Source of the DNA: an archaeon 13_2_20CM_2_53_6
GTDB lineage: Archaea > Thermoproteota > Bathyarchaeia > 40CM-2-53-6
DNA length: 64,000 nt
Assembly: GCA_001915065.1 (NCBI GenBank)
Contig: MNDT01000019.1
Coordinates: forward strand, 1,264 to 65,263
Reading direction: 5' to 3'
Position numbers and translations under genes: made by a program. Shown here in pieces: positions 26,727 through 36,676 of the stretch. The number at the start of each line of letters is the position of its first letter. Position 1 is the stretch's first letter. The notes beneath the pieces were generated by a model. It searched no databases. It was given only the letters and a program-made list of their open reading frames with translations, and was not told the DNA's origin.

Positions 26727-27779
26727 TCAGTTCAACGATTCTCCGTTGATCCTAACTCCGACCCTCTTCTCCACACTTCCAATTCTCATCGCCTCCTGTC
26801 GATGCTTCTTGAAAACACGAACAATCCGATCCGCTTGATCATCGGGGCAGATCACCACCATCCCTATTCCCATGTTGAACGTCCGATACATCTCGCGCTC
26901 CGACACTCGTCCCTCCTTCCTGATCAGCCGGAAGATTCCCGGCGGCTCCGGTAGATTGTCCAGATCGGCGCCGAGCCTGCCCAATCCCAGAACTCGTTCC
27001 AGTTTCAAGAAGGCCCCGCCGCCCGTAATGTGCGCAAGTCCATGTATCTCCGCCCTGCCCATCAGCTCTCTCACGGACTTGACATAGATCCTCGTGGGCT
27101 CCAAGAGCTCCTCTCCAACGCTCCGTTCCAGACCAGACGGCTTGTCTCTTAGACCGTGTCTCTTGAGGAGAACCTTTCGCGCAAGGCTGAGCCCGTTCGA
27201 ATGAATCCCCGAACTAGCAACACCAACCAGACAATCGCCCTCCACAACCCGGTCGCCTAGAATCAGCTCTTTCTTCTTGCAAACTCCGGCCGCAAATCCG
27301 ACAAGATCAAAACCGCCATCCTGCGCTAGTAGCTCCGGGACGATCGCTGTCTCTCCACCGACAATCGCCATTCTCGCCTCCTTGGCTCCCTTGACAAGGC
27401 CAACAGCCACTTCCTCGACAATCGAACGGTCCGGCCTACTCATCGCCATGTAGTCTAGGAAGCTTATCGGCTCCGCGCCCGTGCAGATCAGATCATTGGC
27501 GCACATCGCCACACAGTCAATCCCGATCGTATCATACTTCCCCATCAACCGTGCGACGAGAACCTTAGTCCCAACACTATCAGTATGAAGACTCAACACT
27601 CGGCCATCGCCCAGGTCCACAAGCCCTGCATAGTGGCCTATCGGAAAGAGCGGCCAACCAACCCGTCCCCTCCGGGTCTGGAAGGTTGACTCCAGCCGTC
27701 TCGCCAGAACCCGATGTGCCTCCCGGACGTGCCTCGAGTCGACCCCTGCCGTGGTGTAGGTCATCCGAGGCCGGGCCAA
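26727..27779 (-). CDS. purM: Phosphoribosylformylglycinamidine cyclo-ligase (AIR synthetase)
   Basis: LSLHTDSVGTKVLVA, DCVAMCANDLICTGAEP, GGETA, and SSGIHSNGLSL. Confidence 0.92.
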   Translation of the reverse strand: MARPRMTYTTAGVDSRHVREAHRVLARRLESTFQTRRGRVGWPLFPIGHYAGLVDLGDGRVLSLHTDSVGTKVLVARLMGKYDTIGIDCVAMCANDLICTGAEPISFLDYMAMSRPDRSIVEEVAVGLVKGAKEARMAIVGGETAIVPELLAQDGGFDLVGFAAGVCKKKELILGDRVVEGDCLVGVASSGIHSNGLSLARKVLLKRHGLRDKPSGLERSVGEELLEPTRIYVKSVRELMGRAEIHGLAHITGGGAFLKLERVLGLGRLGADLDNLPEPPGIFRLIRKEGRVSEREMYRTFNMGIGMVVICPDDQADRIVRVFKKHRQEAMRIGSVEKRVGVRINGESLN

Positions 27780-27781
27780 GT

Positions 27782-28297
27782 CTACAGCTTCAGTCCAGTC
27801 AACCGCTCATACGCGATGATGTACCGTCTGCCCGTCTCTTCGACAAGCTCCGATGGCAGATCAGGAGGCCGAGGCGTCGGCCGGCCCTCTCTCCTCGCCT
27901 CGTCAAGGGTCTTCTTGTAACCCACCTTGCCCAGCCAGTCGCGGATCACCTGCTTGTCGTAGCTCTCCTGCGTCTTTCCGGGCGCGTACTCGCTCGTCGG
28001 CCAGAGCCTGAACTCGTCCGGTCCAATAGAATCAGCCAGGACAATATTCTCCTGCTTGTCAAAACCAAACTCCAACTTCAGATCCGCGAGGATGAAACCT
28101 GCACTCTCCGCCCGCTCAGACATCCTCTTGTAAATCTCAAGAGTTCTTTTCCTAACCTCGCCCAGCTGACCAGCGTCTAGCCAGCCTTCTTCCTCGATCT
28201 GTTCCAGCGAGACCGGCTCGTCCTTCACATCTGACTTTGTGGTGGGGTCGAAATACGGCTCGGGAAGCCTCGCCGCCAGGACAGGCTCGACTGGCAA
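27782..28297 (-). CDS. purC: SAICAR synthetase, C-terminal fragment
   Basis: LPEPYFDPTTK ... ILADLKLEFGFD ... GPDEFRLWP ... ESYDKQVIRDWL. Confidence 0.8.
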   Translation of the reverse strand: MPVEPVLAARLPEPYFDPTTKSDVKDEPVSLEQIEEEGWLDAGQLGEVRKRTLEIYKRMSERAESAGFILADLKLEFGFDKQENIVLADSIGPDEFRLWPTSEYAPGKTQESYDKQVIRDWLGKVGYKKTLDEARREGRPTPRPPDLPSELVEETGRRYIIAYERLTGLKL

Positions 28298-28314
28298 TGA
28301 GATTTGTCCCTTCT

Positions 28315-28515
28315 TCAGTTGAGATAGTCAAACCAGAACGCCGCCAGCTTACACAAGACCTCGCCCTTTCTCGGGATCGTCGACGGCAACACCACATCGT
28401 ACGCGGAGACCCGGTCCGTGAAGATGAACAGCAGCTGATCATGTCCGAGGTCATAGACATCCTTGACCTTTCCACGCTTGAACGGGATTGAGGGATTCTC
28501 CATCGACTCTTGCAT
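28315..28515 (-). CDS. purC: SAICAR synthetase, N-terminal fragment
   Basis: [53 protein letters not shown]. The ATG at 28515 sits right after the purE stop. Confidence 0.75.
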   Translation of the reverse strand: MQESMENPSIPFKRGKVKDVYDLGHDQLLFIFTDRVSAYDVVLPSTIPRKGEVLCKLAAFWFDYLN

Positions 28516-28516
28516 C

Positions 28517-28951
28517 TTACAATTGTCCACTCCGATACTGTGAGAGTTTCTTCGAGACCTCAGCATCCGACAGGGCCAGAATCTCTGCCGCCAACAGTCC
28601 AGCGTTCGTTCCATTATCTAGCCCTACAGTTCCGACAGGGACCCCGGAGGGCAGCTGGACTATTGCGAGGATCGAGTCCAGATTCAACTTCCCAGAGACA
28701 GGCACACCAATGACGGGCTTTGTCGAGAGGGATGCGACGAAGCCGGAAAGAGCTGCGGAGAGCCCTGCTATAGTGATGAACACGTCAGCCTTCGAAGTCT
28801 CAACATACTTGTCAAGTTCCTTATGGTTCCTATGGCTTGACAAGACCTTGGTCTCATATGGGACTCCAAGCTTGTCAAGAACAGTCTCTGCCTTCTTGGC
28901 GATCTCACGGTCACTCTCCGACCCCATCAAGATGCTCACACTCTTAGTCAC
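28517..28951 (-). CDS. purE: N5-CAIR mutase / AIR carboxylase catalytic subunit
   Basis: [10 protein letters not shown] ... [11 protein letters not shown] ... [14 protein letters not shown] ... PVIGVPV. Confidence 0.88.
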   Translation of the reverse strand: MTKSVSILMGSESDREIAKKAETVLDKLGVPYETKVLSSHRNHKELDKYVETSKADVFITIAGLSAALSGFVASLSTKPVIGVPVSGKLNLDSILAIVQLPSGVPVGTVGLDNGTNAGLLAAEILALSDAEVSKKLSQYRSGQL

Positions 28952-29544
28952 TTATGGCACCGTATCACACGAGACTCTGTCACGACCATGTCCACTGGTA
29001 CATCAAACTGATCTCGCGGGACGCGGGTGATTAGCTGCAGGTTGAATGCCAAGCCGGCCGACCGCACATGCGGGGGCAGCTTCTTGATCGCCCTGTCGAA
29101 GTATCCTCTTCCCCAGCCTAGCCGGTACCCTTCCCGGTCCCAGACGATGCCCGGCACAAAGATAACGTCTACCTCGTCCAAGCTGACCGGACGGACAAAC
29201 TCCTGCTTGGGCTCGAGAATCCCAAAGGTCCCAGGGGCTAGCTCCTTTCCTAGGTCCTTGATTTCCGAGAAGAATAGTTCGACATCGCCCTTCTTGACAA
29301 CAGGGACGAGGACCCGTTTGCCCTGGTCCAGAGCAGTCCTGATCAAGACTCTGGTATCGACCTCTGTGTCCTTGTTTACATAACAAGCGATTCCTCTAGC
29401 ACGAACGTACTCGTGAAGGTGCAACACTTGATCGGTGGTGTCTTGGCTCTTCTGCTCGACTTCGCCGATTGACTGTCGATCTCTGAGACGTAGAATGTAT
29501 CGTCTCAGATTCTCCTTCTCTACGGCAGTCTGCGCCTCACCCAA
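28948..29544 (-). CDS. 5-formyltetrahydrofolate cyclo-ligase
   Basis: FGILEP ... VDVIFVPGIVWDREGYRLGWGRGYFDR. Confidence 0.8.
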   Translation of the reverse strand: MGEAQTAVEKENLRRYILRLRDRQSIGEVEQKSQDTTDQVLHLHEYVRARGIACYVNKDTEVDTRVLIRTALDQGKRVLVPVVKKGDVELFFSEIKDLGKELAPGTFGILEPKQEFVRPVSLDEVDVIFVPGIVWDREGYRLGWGRGYFDRAIKKLPPHVRSAGLAFNLQLITRVPRDQFDVPVDMVVTESRVIRCHK

Positions 29545-29600
29545 TAATAACGCACCAGTCTCTTGAACGCGGCACGATCAACGATGAATCGTCTCGCACC

Positions 29601-30503
29601 CTATAACGCCCGCTGCAGCTGAAGATACTCGCTCTCAATCTTCCCGCCCGACCCCATGTACAGTAATGCTCCCGGCGCTAGACACTCCAGATACGAGAAA
29701 GTGTACACCGTCATCTTATGCTGGCCAAGCTTCTTCGCCCAGCTTGACGCTTGGCTGATCATGGTCCGCCCGTAGCCTCTGCCTCGATATTCCGGAACGA
29801 CAAAAGTTCCCCGAAACCGGGCCTCTCCAGTCCTATAGTAGTCAGGGATCAGTCCAGTCAGTCCGACGACACTTTTTCCCACAGATCCCGAAAGCCATCG
29901 TTCGCCTTTCTTCAGCCCTTCCTTGAATTTTTGGGCAATAGCTTCTTCGCCTCCCTGCTCCTCGGTTCGCCAGTCCCAGTACGGACGGATAGATTCGACA
30001 TAGACTTTGGAGATTTCTGGAGCCGTCTTCTCGGTGACCTCCCTAATCTCGACCTGCTTGTTTTCCTTCTCAGACGTCCCTGCTAGATCCCACGTTATCC
30101 TGAAGTCTCTTCGGACGGGTCTGAACCCGAAGCTCTTGTAGACATCCACATACGGCTGCATCGAAGGCGTGGTTGCTCTGAGGAACTCAGGACTCTTTGT
30201 CTCGACATACTGGAGTGCTCTGCTGAGCAGTTTCTCAACAGCGTAGACTCGAGACAGGGCGCGCTTGGCCGAGAGGTATCTTACGACCAGCCAGTTCTTC
30301 CGGGGGAGGCTTGTGACGGCCACGCAGCCAACAATCGACCCCTTGTCTTCAGCGACAAAACAACCCATAGGGTCAAAAGAGTCAGACGTCAGAGCAATCG
30401 TCGTTCCTGCAGCTTCGATAAAGCCAGAGGTCCAATCATGCAAGTTCTTCGGCAACGCTCCAAGTTCGTCCGGCTTCACATTTCTCACGATTGACTGCGG
30501 CAA
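29601..30503 (-). CDS. Double GNAT-domain acetyltransferase
   Basis: Two acetyltransferase-like halves. The second has VVPEYRGRGYGRTMISQASSWAKKLG. Confidence 0.65.
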   Translation of the reverse strand: MPQSIVRNVKPDELGALPKNLHDWTSGFIEAAGTTIALTSDSFDPMGCFVAEDKGSIVGCVAVTSLPRKNWLVVRYLSAKRALSRVYAVEKLLSRALQYVETKSPEFLRATTPSMQPYVDVYKSFGFRPVRRDFRITWDLAGTSEKENKQVEIREVTEKTAPEISKVYVESIRPYWDWRTEEQGGEEAIAQKFKEGLKKGERWLSGSVGKSVVGLTGLIPDYYRTGEARFRGTFVVPEYRGRGYGRTMISQASSWAKKLGQHKMTVYTFSYLECLAPGALLYMGSGGKIESEYLQLQRAL

Positions 30504-30518
30504 TGCTATTCTTCCCTC

Positions 30519-31376
30519 CTATCCCCCTCTCGTCTGGATTAGCGCTGCCTGGACCGTGTTCTCGAGAAGACATGCAACTGTCATCGGGCCGACTCCTCCA
30601 GGTACGGGAGTTATGAATCCGGCAAGCCTGCTAACCTTGTCAAAGTCCACGTCGCCTCGCAACTTTCCCCCGACTCGGGCCAGCCCCACATCCGCCACAG
30701 TGGCCCCAGGCTTGATATGCTCGGGAGAGATCTGAAACTCTTCCCTTCCAACAGCACTGACCAGAATATCCGCTGTCCGCGTAGTCTCAGCGAGGTTGGC
30801 GGTCTTCGAATGGCAAACCGTCACGGTCGCGTCCCGGTTTAGGAACAGATTCGCCAATGGTCTCCCAACGAGGGTTGTGCGATTGATGATGACTGCATGC
30901 CGCCCAGCCACTGGGACCTTGTAATGCGTCAACAGCTTGACTATGCCCTTGGGTGTGCACGGGACGAGTATTTCCTTGCCAGCCGCCAGTCTTCCCGCGT
31001 TGATCGGATGTAGGCCGTCAACGTCTTTGTAGGGGATAATTCTCTCGATTATCGAATCCTCGTCAAATCCTTGAGGCAGAGGAAGCTGGACGAGTATTCC
31101 GTTCACTTTCGGGTTTGTGTTCAGCTGGCCCAAGAGTGCTTCGAGCTTGTCTTGAGCCGTGCTGGCGGAGAGATGGTGGTGTTCGGACTCTATCCCGATC
31201 TCCTCCGCAGCTCTGTGTTTGGCTTTGAGATAGCTCGTGCTTGCAGGATCATCTCCTACCTGTATGGTAGCGAGGAACGGCCGGGTCCCATGTCTCCCTA
31301 GTTGCTCTGCCTGTTCTGCGACTTGTTTCTTGACTTCCGCAGCGACCAGTTTTCCATCAAGGATTATGCCGGTCAA
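30519..31376 (-). CDS. folD: Bifunctional methylene-THF dehydrogenase / methenyl-THF cyclohydrolase
   Basis: YLKAKHRAAEEIGI, GILVQLPLP, DVDGLHP, CTPKG, INRTTLVGRPLA, and PVPGGVGPMT. Confidence 0.92.
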   Translation of the reverse strand: MTGIILDGKLVAAEVKKQVAEQAEQLGRHGTRPFLATIQVGDDPASTSYLKAKHRAAEEIGIESEHHHLSASTAQDKLEALLGQLNTNPKVNGILVQLPLPQGFDEDSIIERIIPYKDVDGLHPINAGRLAAGKEILVPCTPKGIVKLLTHYKVPVAGRHAVIINRTTLVGRPLANLFLNRDATVTVCHSKTANLAETTRTADILVSAVGREEFQISPEHIKPGATVADVGLARVGGKLRGDVDFDKVSRLAGFITPVPGGVGPMTVACLLENTVQAALIQTRGG

Positions 31377-31996
31377 GTTGCGAGGGTGACTCTCCTTCCT
31401 TCCACCTTCAGCTTCCGTTCGGTGAAGAGGCGTATTGCTTCGGGGTAGATTCTGTGTTCTTGACGCAGGATTCTCTCCGATAGCGTGTCTACCGTGTCGT
31501 CGTCTCTGACTGGGACGTGTGCTTGGAGGATTATGGGTCCCGAGTCGACGTCTTTAGCGGCAAAATGGATTGTTGCCCCTGAAACTTTCACTCCATGTTC
31601 GAGGGCTCGCTTCTGCGGCTCCAGGCCGGGAAATGATGGTAGGAGCGCAGGGTGGACGTTCATGATCCTATTCTTGTATTTCTCTACGAACTGTGAGCCT
31701 AGGATTCGGAAGTAGCCTGCGAGGGCGACGAGTCCATCTCTCGAGTTCACCCCATGAGACTCGAGGGTCGCCATCGTCTTCGCGTCATACTTGGGGTCCA
31801 TCTTCGGGAGGCCCTTGTCATCGAGTACGGCTGTCGGGACCCTGTGTTTCTTGGCGATTTCTATTGCTCCCACGCCTGGCTTGTTACTAACGACGACTCT
31901 CACTTCGCCTTTCGTGATGTACTTTCTGTCAACAGCGTCAAGGATGGCTTCGAGGTTCGAGCCTCTCCCCGAGACAAGGACCCCTATCGGCACCAA
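31373..31996 (-). CDS. purN: Phosphoribosylglycinamide formyltransferase
   Basis: IGVLVSGRGSNLEAI, LAGYFRIL, MNVHPALLP, GVKVSGATIHF, and DSGPII. Confidence 0.9.
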   Translation of the reverse strand: MVPIGVLVSGRGSNLEAILDAVDRKYITKGEVRVVVSNKPGVGAIEIAKKHRVPTAVLDDKGLPKMDPKYDAKTMATLESHGVNSRDGLVALAGYFRILGSQFVEKYKNRIMNVHPALLPSFPGLEPQKRALEHGVKVSGATIHFAAKDVDSGPIILQAHVPVRDDDTVDTLSERILRQEHRIYPEAIRLFTERKLKVEGRRVTLAT

Positions 31997-31998
31997 GA

Positions 31999-32838
31999 CT
32001 ATCTTCCTGCCCTACGCTCTCTCTTTCTAAGATGTGCGATATGCGGCTGGCGTGAGTCCCAGGTCGAGTCGAAGGCGATTATCCTGACCGATGCGAATCC
32101 GAGAAACTTTCTCGCATCTCTTCTTAGAACCGCACGGTAATCGCTAGTTTCCGTCCCGTGATAGGTTTTGATTGCTGACCGGACGACTGGTCGCCACTTC
32201 GATGGGAGTCTCTTCAAGGCCCATCTCGCCGCCCCAAGCTTCGAGACGACGATCCTTCCGTTCTCGAAACTGTAGACGAGCCTGCAGAGGTTTAGGACGG
32301 CCCACCACGAATCACTCTCGATGATCTTCCTCGCATACAGCAGTTGTCGGTAAAGGGCGCTCCTGATCGACTTCCAGTCGGCTCTCGGAAAAATGCGGCT
32401 CGCGCTGGGACCTTGAAGCCGTATGTAGGCAGAAGCATGCAAATGTTCACGGTGCAACGCCCAGGCATCATCAGAGCCTCCATGATGGATTCTCCCATGG
32501 GCGCCGTAGACGATTCCTCTGGGGATCTCAGATTTTCGCGCCTTGGCGAGCGGGATATAGAATCCGTCAAGCCTTTTGCCAAACTCGAATCTTGCCGATA
32601 GCGCTCGATGCAGATGATCCAGTCTTCTGATCTCCTCTCCCGCGAGAGGTCTGCGAATCACGACGTGGAAGTCTATGTCTCCAGCATGAGGCTCATACTC
32701 GGGGAACGCTATGGACCCGTGCAAGTATGCACCCACCAGGTTCTTCCCAAGGACTGTGGACAATTCGTCGCGAAACTCTTCCACGAGCTCACGAACCTTC
32801 GGAGGTAGCTTAGTGATTCTATTCGCGAAGGGACCCAC
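31999..32838 (-). CDS. Nucleotidyltransferase-domain protein with DUF4111-like C-terminus (ANT/AadA-like fold)
   Basis: LVGAYLHGSIAFPEYEPHAGDIDFHVVI, plus a helical C-terminal domain. Confidence 0.6.
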   Translation of the reverse strand: MGPFANRITKLPPKVRELVEEFRDELSTVLGKNLVGAYLHGSIAFPEYEPHAGDIDFHVVIRRPLAGEEIRRLDHLHRALSARFEFGKRLDGFYIPLAKARKSEIPRGIVYGAHGRIHHGGSDDAWALHREHLHASAYIRLQGPSASRIFPRADWKSIRSALYRQLLYARKIIESDSWWAVLNLCRLVYSFENGRIVVSKLGAARWALKRLPSKWRPVVRSAIKTYHGTETSDYRAVLRRDARKFLGFASVRIIAFDSTWDSRQPHIAHLRKRERRAGR

Positions 32839-33262
32839 CTAACCTTCGCTCCACTACGGACCCGAGCAACCCTTTCCTGATTGTTTCGGCGATTGTCTTC
32901 ATCTCTTCTGGCGTTATCGTCTTGACGTTCCGGCCGTCGACAAATTCTCCATGCCCATCTTTGGGAAATCGTGGGATGAGGTGGATATGAGCGTGGGCGA
33001 CGCCCATTCCCGCAACGTCGGCGGCGATCCATTCTGTCTTCATAGTTTGCTGGAGAGCCTTCGCGATTCTGGTAACCGTCTCAAAGTATCTTCCGGCCTC
33101 AGGGACATCCCAGACCCAACGGTAGTGTAACTTCGGCACGACCAGCGTATGTCCAGGATTCATCGGTCGAATATCGAGAAAAGCGATGTAATCCTCGTCT
33201 TCGAAAACCGAATAGGAGGGGAGCTCTTCTCTGATGATCTTGCAGAAGACGCAGTCCTCCAT
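32819..33262 (-). CDS. HIT-family nucleotide hydrolase/transferase
   Basis: CVFCKII ... NPGHTLVVPK ... HAHIHLIPR histidine triad. Confidence 0.88.
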   Translation of the reverse strand: MEDCVFCKIIREELPSYSVFEDEDYIAFLDIRPMNPGHTLVVPKLHYRWVWDVPEAGRYFETVTRIAKALQQTMKTEWIAADVAGMGVAHAHIHLIPRFPKDGHGEFVDGRNVKTITPEEMKTIAETIRKGLLGSVVERRLGGSLRE

Positions 33263-33268
33263 TAGGCT

Positions 33269-34558
33269 TCACGTCTGAATCTGTTCTAGCTTTCTGCGGC
33301 GTAACTGGCCGCTGCCGATATCGCGGCGGTATTGCATTCCCGGAAACTGGACAGAGCTTCCGATTGCAGAGTATGCGTCTTTACGGGCCGACTCTACATC
33401 AGGTCCCGTCGCAACGATATTGAGGACTCGACCCCCGGCCGTCACTAGCTCTCCAGTCGAGGCTATAGCCGTGCCTGCGTGGAACAATACTACATTACCT
33501 TGAGACACTTTTCGGATCGTGATCCTGTCCCCGGTTGACGGGGTTGTGGGGTATCCCTTGGACGCAAGCACCACGACCACCGATGCGGAAGAAGCGCATT
33601 CTGGCAGTGACGGTCTTTTGGAATTCTCCGCGATCTCGCGCATGTGTGTCAGTAGCCCTCCCTTGACTAATGCCGCGATGCCCTGTGCTTCGGGGTCTCC
33701 AAAGCGCGCATTGAACTCAAGCAGGCGGGGGTCCTCGGTTCCATGCTTGACTATGATGTTGAGATAGAGTACTCCTTGAAACGGAACGTTCTCCTTCGCC
33801 ATGGCCTCAACTGAGGGATCTAGAATCTTTCGTCTCACCTTGTCAACAATAGCTTCGGTTACCATCAGGACGGGCGCATAGACTCCCATCCCACCAGTGT
33901 TGGGCCCGACATCCCCGTCGAAAATCGGTTTGTAGTCCTGGAAGGCGGGAGCCAGCCATTGGGCCCGGCCTCCAGAGACTGTTGCTGTGAAGCTCGCTTC
34001 CCATCCGTCGATGAACTCTTCTATGACGATTCTTCGAGGTTCTCGTTCAAGTTCTCTCTGAATCGCGGTTTCAGCCTCTCGTCTCTCACTTGTCACGGTA
34101 GTTCCCTTGCCAGATGCAAGCCCATCGGCCTTAACCACCCAGGGTGGGCCCATCCTGTCTAGGGCTCTCTTCGCGACGGCCGCATCTGTGAAAGTCTCCC
34201 AGCGGGGTGTTGGAATTTTGTATCGTGAGCAGAGGTCTTTCGCGAAGCTCTTCGAGGTCTCGATCCGGGCTGCGCTCTTGTCTGGTCCGAAGATGGGGAG
34301 CTTCTGCTTCCGGAACGTGTCGACGATGCCAGCGCCCAGCGGAGCTTCGGGACCGACGACTGTTAGGTCGATGTGTTCTCTTAATGCGAATGAGGCGATT
34401 TCCTCTATGTTGGAGGCGTTTATCGGGACGCATGTCCCGATTTCTGCGATCCCCGGGTTGCCCGGGGCTGCATAGATCTTTGTGGCCCGTGAGTCTCTGG
34501 AGAGTGTCCAGGCTAGCGCATGTTCTCTACCACCGCTTCCGATGATGAGGATTTTCAT
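33269..34558 (-). CDS. purD: Phosphoribosylamine-glycine ligase
   Basis: MKILIIGSGGREHALAW, VVKADGLASGKG, GPNTGGMG, EFNARFGDPE, and TAGGRVL. Confidence 0.93.
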   Translation of the reverse strand: MKILIIGSGGREHALAWTLSRDSRATKIYAAPGNPGIAEIGTCVPINASNIEEIASFALREHIDLTVVGPEAPLGAGIVDTFRKQKLPIFGPDKSAARIETSKSFAKDLCSRYKIPTPRWETFTDAAVAKRALDRMGPPWVVKADGLASGKGTTVTSERREAETAIQRELEREPRRIVIEEFIDGWEASFTATVSGGRAQWLAPAFQDYKPIFDGDVGPNTGGMGVYAPVLMVTEAIVDKVRRKILDPSVEAMAKENVPFQGVLYLNIIVKHGTEDPRLLEFNARFGDPEAQGIAALVKGGLLTHMREIAENSKRPSLPECASSASVVVVLASKGYPTTPSTGDRITIRKVSQGNVVLFHAGTAIASTGELVTAGGRVLNIVATGPDVESARKDAYSAIGSSVQFPGMQYRRDIGSGQLRRRKLEQIQT

Positions 34559-34582
34559 TCGGACACGGGCCGACGCCTGGTC

Positions 34583-36013
34583 CTAGGCCTTCATCTCTTC
34601 CCGGGTCCTTACGACCGGGTCCTTCTTCAAGCCGAGATAGTTACCGGTGACACAGGCGAAGCACATCTCATCTGGCCGGAGCCCAATTCCTTTCGTGAGC
34701 CCCTCCATGTCGTTATAGCCGAGCCCGTCGACGCCTATCTCATTCGCCACCTTCTTGTTCAGCTCTGATATGGACGTGTCTTCGCCGTCGACTCTGTTTG
34801 CCAGAAGCTCTTCGCGTGTGGGGAAGTCGATGCCCATGTAGCAGGGATGGCGGATGGGAGGGAATGTTACGACCATGTAGACTTTCTTGGCGCCAGCGTC
34901 GCGCAGTGCTCGGATTATGTTCTTGCTGCTCGTCCCTCGGACGATGCTGTCGTCGACAACTATGACCCGCTTACCCTCCACTACAGGTTTTATTGTGATG
35001 ATTTCCCGGACAATCTCTTCTCTGCTCTCATCGGTGGGCTCGATGAAGCTTCGAAGGTTTCCCTTCTTTCGGTACCGGTCTTTCATCAAGCCCTCCTCCA
35101 TCGGGATGCCACTCTCCTCAGAGTAGCCGAGCGCGGCGGGCCTGGCAGAGTCTGGGACCGGGATTACAACGTCTGCGCTGAACCGGTACTTGCGAGCGAG
35201 GACTCTGCCGAGCTGTCTACGTGTCTCGTAGACATTATGGCCCTCGATGGTGGAGCTGGGGTGGGCGAAGTAGGTGTACTCAAATGGACAGTGATAGTGA
35301 CGGGGAGAGTCCGCAAAAGTGGTCACTGTAACCCCGTCCTTGTTGAGACGGACCAGTTCTCCGGGCTGCACGTCTCTGACGAAGTCAGCGTGTAGTGCTG
35401 TAAGCGCGCAGCTCTCACTGGCGAGGATGTGGGTCTTGTTTTCCTCGTCGTATCCGAGGCAGAGGGGCCTGAATCCTGCTTCGTCACGTGCCGCCAAGAC
35501 TTCGCCCTCCTTGGTCAGGATCATGAAGCAGAACGACCCGCTCAGTTCTCTAGCGAGCCTGTTGAACGCTCGTGTCCAATCATGTTCCCGTCGATAGTGC
35601 TGGAGCAGTCGGTAGCCTGCCAGTCGAGTGTCGTTTGAATCGTCGAGGATTGGAAACTCGCCGGTTACGAGCGGGTAGAGGTCCTCGGTGTTGGCAACAG
35701 TACCGTTCTGGGCGATGGAAAACTCGCCTTTGATATCCATGGGACTCGCGTTCTCTAAGGTGGTTCGTCCTCGTGTAGAATATCGGACGTGCCCAATACC
35801 ACGATTGCCGGCGAGCCGAAGGATCTTCCTGGCGTTGGCAGCGGCTCCCACGCCGATTAGTCCGAGGCCCTTGACGATCGGCTCGCCGGGAATGGCTATG
35901 CCCCATGACTCTTGTCCTCTATGCTGTAACGCAGAGAGTCCCTTGACGATCCGTTCCGCGACAGGCTCTCCCTTCAGCGAGTAGATTCCTACAATCCCAC
36001 AATGCTCCTTCAC
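34583..36013 (-). CDS. purF: Amidophosphoribosyltransferase
   Basis: The catalytic Cys follows a short propeptide (VKEH-CGIVGI). Also RGQESWGI, VVIPVPDSA, and VVDDSIVRGTS. GTG 36013 is preferred over the track start at 36175. Confidence 0.88.
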   Translation of the reverse strand: MKEHCGIVGIYSLKGEPVAERIVKGLSALQHRGQESWGIAIPGEPIVKGLGLIGVGAAANARKILRLAGNRGIGHVRYSTRGRTTLENASPMDIKGEFSIAQNGTVANTEDLYPLVTGEFPILDDSNDTRLAGYRLLQHYRREHDWTRAFNRLARELSGSFCFMILTKEGEVLAARDEAGFRPLCLGYDEENKTHILASESCALTALHADFVRDVQPGELVRLNKDGVTVTTFADSPRHYHCPFEYTYFAHPSSTIEGHNVYETRRQLGRVLARKYRFSADVVIPVPDSARPAALGYSEESGIPMEEGLMKDRYRKKGNLRSFIEPTDESREEIVREIITIKPVVEGKRVIVVDDSIVRGTSSKNIIRALRDAGAKKVYMVVTFPPIRHPCYMGIDFPTREELLANRVDGEDTSISELNKKVANEIGVDGLGYNDMEGLTKGIGLRPDEMCFACVTGNYLGLKKDPVVRTREEMKA

Positions 36014-36321
36014 AGCCTCACGTCCCGCTTGGGGGTCTAAGCGTGGCGTGTGGATTGTCTTGGAGCGAGTCAGAACCCGGTTTTTCGCTCCAACTGCAGG
36101 ATTGACATTGAGGCTCTTCGCGCTCAAATACAAACATGAATCAATTCCAGGCGGTGTATAGCTCTTTCTTGACACAATCGTCTAAATAGAGCCGAGAGCT
36201 ACCTCTCTGGAAATATTCTCAGGGTTTTATTTGGAGTGCGCTTCTCGCTCTCTATGAACTCGAGTGCAGGTTCTGAGAAACCCGAATATGGCAAGCCTGC
36301 GGAAAGGATTCCAGCCTCCTT

Positions 36322-36627
36322 TCATTGTAAAGTAGCCGAAGGACGCCACTTGAGGAATGCCAACCTCGTACCAGAAATTACTGCTAATCCCACTACCACC
36401 CAGAAAACAAGGTCAAGGCTTATTGCGATTGGATCTATCGTGAACCCACACCCATTAAACGGATTGCCATTGTAACACGGTGAAACCGCATGGGTATAAC
36501 TCCAGGGAAACCCCCGAGTATTTCCGTCTGGAGAATTGGAACGAAGACTCGTTATTCCAACTAGAGTTAAGCCTACGACTAGTGCCAATACTCCTCTTCG
36601 AAGAATTCGCCGACTAAAACTAACCAT
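36322..36627 (-). CDS. Small 2-TM protein with GFPW loop motif
   Basis: TM, then RGFPWSY...C..., then TM. It is a paralogue-like match to 52739..53083. Confidence 0.45.
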   Translation of the reverse strand: MVSFSRRILRRGVLALVVGLTLVGITSLRSNSPDGNTRGFPWSYTHAVSPCYNGNPFNGCGFTIDPIAISLDLVFWVVVGLAVISGTRLAFLKWRPSATLQ

Positions 36628-36676
36628 TTTATGTTATGTGGGGTGGTTCACCCTAAATTGGTTTTTTAGGGCCGGC

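Noticed and set aside
26395-26954. ORFs in the Lrp-purM intergenic region and antisense to purM: 26395..26670 (-), 26512..26838 (+), 26619..26954 (+).
   Set aside because: They are Pro/Arg/Gly-rich with no recognisable family, and they partly overlap purM on the opposite strand. The region is more likely regulatory or decayed DNA.
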